A stretch of DNA of 64,000 nt from NCBI GenBank assembly GCA_951406725.2, contig OX597830.1, forward strand, positions 40,300,001 through 40,364,000, read 5' to 3'. This DNA is from Octopus vulgaris (lineage: Eukaryota). This document shows, piece after piece, positions 55,281 through 64,000 of this stretch. The notes under the pieces are model-generated. The model made no database searches. It saw nothing but the letters and a program-made list of their open reading frames with translations, and was not told the DNA's origin. The translations under genes were made by a program, and so were the position numbers. Every line of letters begins with the position of its first letter. The first letter of the stretch is position 1.

Positions 55281-58239
55281 TGCAGTGCTTATTTATTCAG
55301 ACTGTTTTGAATTAATCATGCATAATCTTATAGCTTTCAGATTTCAATGATGTGATAGTTTACTTTTGAGAAGACCCGGCAAGCCAAGTGAAACTGTAGC
55401 TGTGGCTGATGCCAGTGTCACATAACTGGCCCATTTAAAAGCATCCTTCAGTCATCAAGCAATGCTTGTAAGGCTGCGAGCTGGCAGAAATGTTAGCATG
55501 CTGGGTGAAATGCTTAGCAGTATTTTGTCTGTCTTTACGTTCTGAGTTCAAATTCCACCAAGCTCAACTGTGCTTTTCATCCTTGGGCGGGTGGGTGGGG
55601 GGGTTTCAATAAATTAAGTCCCAGTTGCGTACTAGGGTCGATCTAATCAACTGGCCCGCTCCCCCAAAATTTCGGACTTGTGCCTAGAGTAGAAAAGAAT
55701 ATGCCATGCTTGTGAAAACCTGTTGAACCAAGTGAAATTGTAGTCACGGCTGATGCAAGTGCCACCTGACTGGCACATAAAAAGCACCTTTTGAGTATGG
55801 CTGATGCCAATGCTACCTGACTGACTCCTGTGCAGGTGGCATGTCAAAAGCACCATTTGAGTGTGGTTAATGCCAGTGCCGCCTGACTGGCATCAGTGCT
55901 GATGGCATATAAAAAACACCATTCAAGCATGGTCGATGCCAGTGCTGCCTGACTGGCTCCCGTGCCAGTGGCATGTAAAACGCACCCACTATACTCTGAG
56001 TGGTTGGCATTAGGAAGGGCATCCAGCTGTAGAAACCTTGCCAGTCCTCAGTCAAACCATTCAACCCATGCCAGCACGGAAAGCAGACATTAAACAATGA
56101 TGATGGTGATTGTAGGGTAGGTGTGATGGGGCCAGAACTGGCCAGTTTGAACATAAAGCAGATAGAATATTTTGGCTGGACATGGTCAATTTAAATACTA
56201 AAGGGTTAAATTTGGCATTTTTATTATTTTTTTTTTGGTCTCTTTTACTCAACTGTTAGAGCTTTGGGAATATAAACAAATCAAACTTTGACAAGCAATG
56301 CAGAAGTAGGGACAAACACACACACATATATATACAACAGGCTTCCACACAGTTTCCATTTACCAAATTCACTCACAAGGCATCAGTCAGACTGGGGCTA
56401 GGGTAGAAGATACTTGACCTCCAAAGATGTCATACAGTGGGACTGAACCTAAAACCATGCAGTAGCAAACATGAGGTTCATAACCACACAGCCATGCCTC
56501 TACCTAAAGCTTGTATATTTGCATGGCTTGTCTGGTCCAGTGATGTTGTTGTTTAACATCAACACAAAGTGAACAGACCTATGGTGAATGACAATCCAGC
56601 AATGACCATCCTGTCTTTTAAGACATACTGGTTCATTGGCTACAGTGTTCAATGTATTCTTCCCATTATAAGATGGTAATTTGTGCAGTTTAAAGGAATA
56701 TTTAGTTGTTATTTCTAATAAGTGTATCTGATATAACACAAAGCCAAACATTTTGAAGGGAAGAGCTAGTTGGTTACATCAACTTAAATACTAAACTAGT
56801 ACCTTATTTTACTGACCAGAGGAGGATGAAAAGCAAAGTTGACTTCAACAGGATTTGAACTCAAAACCAAATACTACAAACCATTTTTCTGCCTTTTCTT
56901 TTATTCTTTTACTTGTTTCAATCATTTGACTGCAGCCGTGCTGGAGCACCGCCTTTAGTCAAACAAATCAACCCCAGGACTTATTCTTTGTAAGCTTAGT
57001 ACTTATTCTATCGGTATCTTTTTGACAAACTGCTAAGTGATGGGGACGTAAACACACCAACATCAGTTGTCAAGTGATGGTGCGGTGGGGTGGGGGTGGG
57101 GGGCAAACACTGACAGGCTTCTTTCAGTTTCTGTCCACCATGTCCACTCACAAGGCTTGGGTCAGCCTGAGGCTATAGTAGAAGACACTTGCCCAAAGTG
57201 CTACACAGCAGGACTGAACCTGGAACCATGTGGTTGGTAAGCAAGCTTCTTACCACACGGTCAGTCATTCCTGCACCTCTCTAACAATCCTGCCACTCTA
57301 TTACCATCAAGTTACTATTTCTAAGAATTCAAGGAACAACATAAAGTCTCATTCACATTTCTCTGCAGTTAACCAAATAAATACCAGCTATATACTGGGG
57401 GTGAGGTAGTCATTTTCAATTGACTCTACTCTTCTCGTACAAATATGTTGCCTCAAGAAAACGTGAGAAATCAATACATCTTATTTAATTATCTCCTTCC
57501 CATTTTATTTCCAAGGTTTATTTAATTATCTCCTTCCCATTTTATTAATTAATTTTATTAATTAATTATACATTTCATTCATTCATTAATTTTATTTATG
57601 TATTCATTTATTAGTAGCATGCTTGCGTCATCAAAAACAAAACAAAAAAAATAATAAATTGATGACTCTTTTAATCATGTTCCACTGATGAATTTTTCCA
57701 TAAACTTATCAAACTTTTGTTTCTTTGTATTTTATTTATTTTATTTTAAATTAAATATTAAAACTAAAAAAAAAACAAAAACAAAAAAAAAACTGGTTAC
57801 ATAAACAATTCAAAAACCATCTTTTCAATCTTTTGCACTTTTAAAACTACTTGCACAATTACCTCCCTTAGATTTGTTGCATTGTATGTTACACGCAGAA
57901 ACGGAAAGCCTGGCTGGTATGTCTTTTATCTCTTACTCGTCTCAGTCATTGGACAGCGGCCATGCTGGGACACCACCTTGAAGGGTTTTAGTCGAGTAAA
58001 TCAACCTCAGTTTGTTTTTTTTTCAAGTTTAGTACTTATTCTGTTAATCTCTTTTGCCAAACTGCATATTTTATGAGGATGTAAACAAACCAACACCAGT
58101 TGTCAACATATCATCATCATCACCGACTGCCATGACACTGCATCCTTTAAGGCCCTCATGCTTTCCGAAATCCGCCGAAACTACACCTGATTATATATAC
58201 ACTTTAGATGAGTTGTAGTGCACCTGAGCACTGTACACA

Positions 58240-58285
<46 letters not shown>

Positions 58286-59039
58286 TATCATCACACATCA
58301 ACATCATCACTATCATCATCATTTAACGTCTGCTTCCCATGCTGGCATGAGTTAGATGGTTTGACAGGAGCTGGTCAGGCAAAAGACACCATCAGACTTC
58401 TGTGAATATGTATCCTAAAACTGCCAAACCCTGCAGAGTGGACTGAGTGCTTTTTATGTGGCACCAACACAGGCACGATCAGTTTTAGCATAGTTTTTAC
58501 AGCTGGATGCCCTTCAAAATTGCCAACCACTTCACATATATGATGGGCTTCCCTATAATTTCTGTTAACCAAATTCACTCACAAGGCGTTGGTCAGTCTG
58601 GAGTTTTAGCAGAAGACACTTACACAGCGTGTCACACAGTGAAACTGGTTTTATGTAACTTTCTTATTCCTTTACTAGTTTCAATCATTGGATTGCAGTC
58701 ATACTAGAAACCATTGAGGATTTTAGGCAATATTGTTGACATTCAACCAAACGAATACCCTACATCATCACTTGCCATATTTTTAACATCTTAAGGCGGC
58801 AAGCTGGCAGAAATGTTAGCACGCCAGGTGAAATGCTTAACAGTATTTTGTCTGTCTTTATGTTCTGAGTTAAAATTCCGCCAAGTTGACTCTGCCTTTC
58901 AGCCTTTCGGGGTCAATAAATTAAGTACCAGTTGTGTACTGGGGTCGATCTAATCGAATACCCCACCACACACACACACACTCTCCAAAAATTTTGGGCC
59001 TTGTGCATAGAGTAGAAAAGAATATTTTTAACATCTTGC

Positions 59040-59860
59040 TTCTCTGGGCATCAACATGCATAATCCTTGATGTCTATCTGCTGTCTTTTGTAGAAGTCCA
59101 CAAAATTATCCACCATATTTCCAAGAACAACTTTGGTGACCTTTTGAATTCAAGATCTTTACCACCCAACAACACATTTATAAAACCATAGTACAGCATC
59201 CCATGACTTTCAGAAACAGTTCTTCATGCCCAGAATTATCAAAAGATGAAATAAACTCCCCATGTGAGTTGTTAGCTGTCAGGACATTGCATCCTTCAAA
59301 AACTCCATCCTTCCTGAAATTTGCTAACTCTCCTCCTGATGTGCCTATCCATCATTATCACTTTGACTACTCGTTTCTCTGTTTTATTATATTTTATTCA
59401 GTATACTGTGTGTGAAGGTGTGTGGCCTAGTGGTTTGGGTGTTTGGCTCATGATATTACGATTGTGAGTTCAATTCCTGGTGACAGGTTGTATCCTTGAG
59501 CAAGACACTTTATTTCACGTTGCTCCAGTTCACTCAACTGGCAAAAATGAGTAGAACCTATATTTCAAAGGGCCAGCCTTGTCACACTCTGTGTCATGCT
59601 CAATCTCCCTGAGAATTACATTAAGGGTACGTGTGTCTGTGGAGTGCTCAGCCAGTTGCACATTAATTTCACAAGCTGGCTGCTCCATTGATTGGATCAA
59701 CTAGTAACCAATAGCATGCCACTATGTATGTAACCTTCACTATCTTTGCTGTCTTTCTTTACTTGACTTATGGTTACTTTCTTTCCCCATTTGTACCCTT
59801 TTCCAATGAGTTGTAGTGCAGTTGAGCACTTTATACAATAATCTCATTATCATTATTATT
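59040..59860 (+). mobile_element. CR1/L2-group LINE 3' remnant interrupted by a SINE
   Basis: FQKQFFMPRIIKR*NKLP resembles the FFPR...WN.LP motif. The tail GAGTTGTAGTGCA..TGAGCACT plus (ATT)n also occurs at ~58125-58280. Confidence 0.6.
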
Positions 59861-59863
59861 ATA

Positions 59864-60262
59864 GGTGCAGGAGTGGCTGTGTGGTAAGTAGCTTGCTTAC
59901 CAACCACATGGTTCCAGGTTCAGTCCCACTGCATGGCACCTTGGGCGAGTGTCTTCTACTATAGCCTTGGGCCGACCAAAGCCTTGTGAGTGGATTTGGT
60001 AGACGGAAACTGAAAGAAGCCCATTGTATATATGTATATATATGTGTGTGTCTGTATTTGTCCCCCACCCCCACCCAACATTGCTTGAAAACCGATGCTG
60101 GTGTGTTTACGTCCCCGTAACTTAGCGGTTCGGCAAAAAAGATCGATAGAATAAGTACTAGGCTTACAAAGAATAAGTCCTGGGGTTGATTTGCTCAACT
60201 AAAGGCAGTGCTCCAGCATGGCCGCAGTCAAATGACTGAAAGAAGTAAAAGAGTAAAAGAGA
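59864..60262 (+). mobile_element. tRNA-derived SINE family 2 (~400 bp, internal TA/CA microsatellite), representative copy
   Basis: AGGAGTGGCTGTGTGGTAAG head, GGTTCAGTCCC B-box, CORE-like CCTTGGGCAAGTG, AGTAAAAG tail. Copies at 5048-5445, 24415-24810, 28088-28487, 36610-36985, 39908-40295, 43143-43530, 52722-53230, 56900-57280 and others. Confidence 0.88.
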
Positions 60263-60479
60263 GTATATAAGGCAGCAAGCTGGTAGAATTGTTTGGAGCT
60301 TTGTGGAATTTCATCTGCCTAAGTTCTGAGTTCAAATTCTGTTGAAGTCAACTTTGTTTTTCATCCTTTCAGGGTCAATAAAATATGTACTGGGGTCAAT
60401 TTAATTGACTTAGCCCCTCCTCTGAAAATTGCTGGCCTTTGAGCTGGCAGAATCTTTAGTATGCCTAATGCCAAGACAA

Positions 60480-61750
60480 GGCACTTAGCATCTGGAATGT
60501 TGTCAAGCAGCCACAGTCCTCTACTAATGAAGCAGGGCGGCCAGTGGAAGTTCTGCATCTGTCAGGCAACTTTGGCAAAAGAGGTTGTGTGGTAGACCAG
60601 AAAAGGGTTGAAGACAGCCCCTTCTTTTTGGCTAAGCCCTTATCAAATTATTCAAATTTCCCTTGAAAAAGAAAATGAGCATGGAGAGGGAAGTAGTGCC
60701 TTCCAGTAAATTTGTAGAAAAGTAGATGAGAGTGGCAATCATAGTTCAAATGAATGGACCTGCTCTGAGCATGTTCCTGTAGACTGAAAGAAGGATCAGT
60801 CTTCACAATAGAAATGGCTGGCAAATGATAAAAGCTGTTTGACTTAAACCTCAGTTCACAGATATTAAACAAGCATATGCTGGGCAGTTTCATTACTCTG
60901 TGCACACCTGAGAAAGCTTGGTTGTGGGAAAGCAGCTCTATCATGGCCATACCTGTTGAGTTTATTCTAAACATAATGATCCTCAGTAATCAGGCCCAAA
61001 GATTTTTGAAAATCATAATCCTGGATATGAAAATCCAACAGCAAGGTTACTGAAACTTGACTGAGCAATGCTTAAAGTTATTTTCAAACCATCGTCTCTC
61101 ACACCTTTTTTCTAACGACAGAATACAAAGGATGACATTCAATTGACAGCATTATTCAGCTAGTAGAATGTCATGAGTACCTGGCAGAGTTCTAGGTGTG
61201 GACATCCAACCCGTCTGTGTTTGACTGAGGACTGAAACTCATTCAAAGAGAGACAAGTTGTGGAAAGCTCATTGTCATCCAAGAATCTCTATAAATGCTG
61301 CAGTCTCAGTGCATTCCTGTGTATCATCAATCACAGCATCTTGACATTTCCATGGAGTGGATGCTGGCCATAGATAGTGTTGTGGCAGACACCTCTAAGT
61401 GAGAAGTGGGCTGTTCCATTACTGATAAATAGTGGACAGACACAGCGAGGTCTGCTGTTTGGGCCAGTCACACAGACAATGAAATATATCGTCAAAATGC
61501 AGGACATATCAAACAGACTTTCTGATTAGCCGGGTCTGTCACTTTCTAAAGCCACAGAAGAGAATATTCCAATCTGGTTGGCTGTCTCCTGAAACCAGGC
61601 ACAGCAACCAAATAACAGTATACCATTGAAGTGCTTTAAATAGCAATCCTGTTCTTTCTGGAAACATTTCCTCTCAGCTCATTTCTGAATGAGGTTAGAC
61701 TTTCCACCCCTTACTTGTAACCTTTTTCAAATTGTTATCCATATAGAGGT
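60480..61750 (-). mobile_element. Heavily decayed LINE-like remnant
   Basis: Unique-looking block with SLQE...HLLFYKF resembling LINE RT C-termini; no intact frame. Confidence 0.3.
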
Positions 61751-62130
61751 TTTACCCGTTAACATTTAAACCAGCCATATCCAACCCAAATATTCTACCT
61801 GTTTTATTTTCAAAGTATCCAGATCCAGCCTCTCATGCCTGCCCTACAATATCATTCTAAAAATAAACAATCACGTCATCAGAATCACAAAGCTACAAGA
61901 TAATGCATGATTAATTCAAATATAATGTGAATAAATAAGATCTAACAGATTAACCTTAATGCTAAAGGGTTAAACTGAACCAGTTTCCAAGCACTCAAAC
62001 CAGATCACCAGTCCAACCAGAAAAGCTCTCTCTAGATTCTCAACTGTTAGAACTATCACTCAAGAAATGAAACATACAAAAGAGAGAAGACCTACAGAAG
62101 AGATGAGACTTACAGAAGAGATGAGACATA

Positions 62131-62913
62131 CATGGTCTGATCAATAAGTATCCGGACTGTTGTCATAGTAACAAAGCTAAAGTACACAGAGTGAAGCCAC
62201 TTAGCACAGATTGACCTTGAACTATGCTTTGTATGTGCACTAAGTTTTAACATTCTAGCTCTCTTCCACTGTTTACAACTGCTTTGTAGGAAGGTCTTCC
62301 AAAATTTTTCATCGTTCTTGACACAATCAAGGAGATTTTGTACAATTGAAACCCGAGTATCTTTTTGGTCAGCTGAAAGCAGTTTTGGCACAAACTTGGC
62401 AGATACACGTCTCATATCCAAATCCTCAGTGATAATGGACTGAACTGAACCATAACTAATCTGCACATCTTCTGATAACTCACGGATGGTGATTCGATGA
62501 TTTCCCCTCACAGCTGCATGTACATCTGTGAGGTTTTTGTCAATTCTACTGGTTGCGGGTCTCCCAGAACATTCGTCAATATTGACATTTTTTCAGCCAT
62601 CTTGGAAGTGTCTGGACCACTCGTACATTTGTGTGCAGCTCATACACTCCTCTCCATACACTTTCGGCAATTCTGTGCAGGACTCTGAGCAGGTATTGCC
62701 ATGACAACTTTCTCTGTCTGTCATGGTCAATGCAATGGTCACACACTACACACCTTTCTTCCAAGCACTGCTGTAAATAGCGGAAGTGAGCTAGAATGTT
62801 AAAACAGTGCACATACACAGCAAATTTGAAGGTCAATCTGCCAAGTGGTTTCACTCTGCGTGCTTTAGCTTCATTACTATGGCAACAGTCTGATACTTAT
62901 TAATCAGACCTCA
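62131..62913 (-). mobile_element. Internally deleted mariner element with ~165-bp inverted termini and TA TSD
   Basis: TA at 62129-62130 and 62914-62915. Termini GGTCTGATCAATAAGTATC / GATACTTATTAATCAGACC. Transposase piece RITIRELSEDVQISYGSVQSIITEDLDMRRVSAKFVPKLL (WVPHEL-like); no DDD domain. Confidence 0.92.
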
Positions 62914-63178
62914 TACAGAAGAGATGAGACAAGGTTTCCTTAACAAACAAAACAGATGGATTAAAATGGTTTGACTAGGTAGCCATTTTAGTTTGATCAC
63001 AGATCCAAATTCTGAAGAGGGGACTGAAACCGGCTGCATTTGGAACAGCAGCCAATCAACAGCAATGGTCGATCCTATTGAATGCTTTAGAGTGATCTAA
63101 ATTGATCAAGTGCCACAATAATAATGATTTCTAACATTAAATAATGACTTCGGTAATAATAAATCAAACTATTCCAAC

Positions 63179-63273
63179 CTTGGTCCTACATCTGCCACCA
63201 GATCTTCTTTGCCAACCAACATGAATAAACCTGAGCCTTTGTCATCTCCACCTGTCAGGAAAAGTGTCACCTC
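63179..63273 (-). CDS. AARSD1: Alanyl-tRNA editing protein AARSD1 (AlaX type), penultimate coding exon
   Basis: Minus strand reads ttttgttttgaag|GAG GTG ACA...GGA CCA AG|gttgga. The 95 nt translate to EVTLFLTGGDDKGSGLFMLVGKEDLVADVGP plus 2 nt. This matches the recalled vertebrate AARSD1 C-terminal segment ETLLFLTVGDEKGGGLFLLAGPPASVETLGPR. Confidence 0.92.
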
Positions 63274-63800
63274 CTTCAAAACAAAAGACAAAAATAAAAA
63301 AAATAAAAATAAAAATAGAAAACAATAAATATATAAAAAAATAAACAGGTTAACAAATGTCTTTTGAGCTCAGAAAAAACCAAAAACCAAAAACCCAAAA
63401 AAAAAAAAAGAAAGAATTAAAAGCAACAACAATAAAACAGGTACCAAAATAAAATGGAATAGAACAGCAACAACAACAATGAATCCCTTAGCACCACCTT
63501 CCCTGCCCCCCACCCCACCCCACCCCCATCACCCCACCCCACCCCCATCACCCATTTGCACAAATGCCTTTTATTGTTTGACATCTCTTTCATTTTTCAT
63601 TAGCAAAATTCCACCGATACCTTTAAAATTAAAGGGAATAAACAACAACTGCAAAATTCTATGACTTCTTTTATTCACCCCCCACCCATCCCGTCTCTCT
63701 CTCTCGTAATCACAATCATCATCGTCATCACCATCATTTTCAGCATCATCATCATCATCATAATCTCTATCAACATTGCTGTTGATATTTCTAATATTTA

Positions 63801-63860
<60 letters not shown>

Positions 63861-64000
63861 CATTATTATTATTATTATTATTTATTCACATTGTATTTGC
63901 TATTTTTATTATCACATCATCATCATCGTTATTATTATTTCTTCTACCACCAGTCCTCTTCATATTACTACTACTACTACTACTACTACCACTACTAATA

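Noticed and set aside
63013-63040. CTGAAGA...GAAAC spacing
   Set aside because: Stem II is only ~2 bp and there is no UH cleavage site or stem I.

Overview
AT-rich, repeat-dominated eukaryotic DNA. The SINE, MITE and microsatellite content looks like an Octopus (coleoid cephalopod) genome; this is inferred, not proven. The only host gene I can support is the 3' end of the alanyl-tRNA editing protein AARSD1 (AlaX type) on the minus strand. It has a 95-bp penultimate exon (63179-63273) and a terminal coding exon (25942-26065), joined in frame across a ~37.1-kb intron. Neither exon appears in its correct frame in the ORF track. The rest is tRNA-derived SINEs (at least 3 families), RTE, R4/Dong, Tx1-like and CR1-like LINE remnants, hAT, piggyBac, mariner and Helentron-type DNA elements, MITEs and micro/minisatellites, often nested. 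The most unusual signal is a set of type I hammerhead-ribozyme (HHR) motifs from about four unrelated repeat families. One family joins a tRNA-like Pol III head, a (TAA)n linker and a minimal HHR. It occurs three times as head-to-head inverted composites, one with a perfect 14-bp target-site duplication and one carrying a possible Penelope ORF fragment. This suggests a SINE-like RNA mobilised by Penelope-like machinery. Most ORF-track entries are microsatellite or repeat artefacts.
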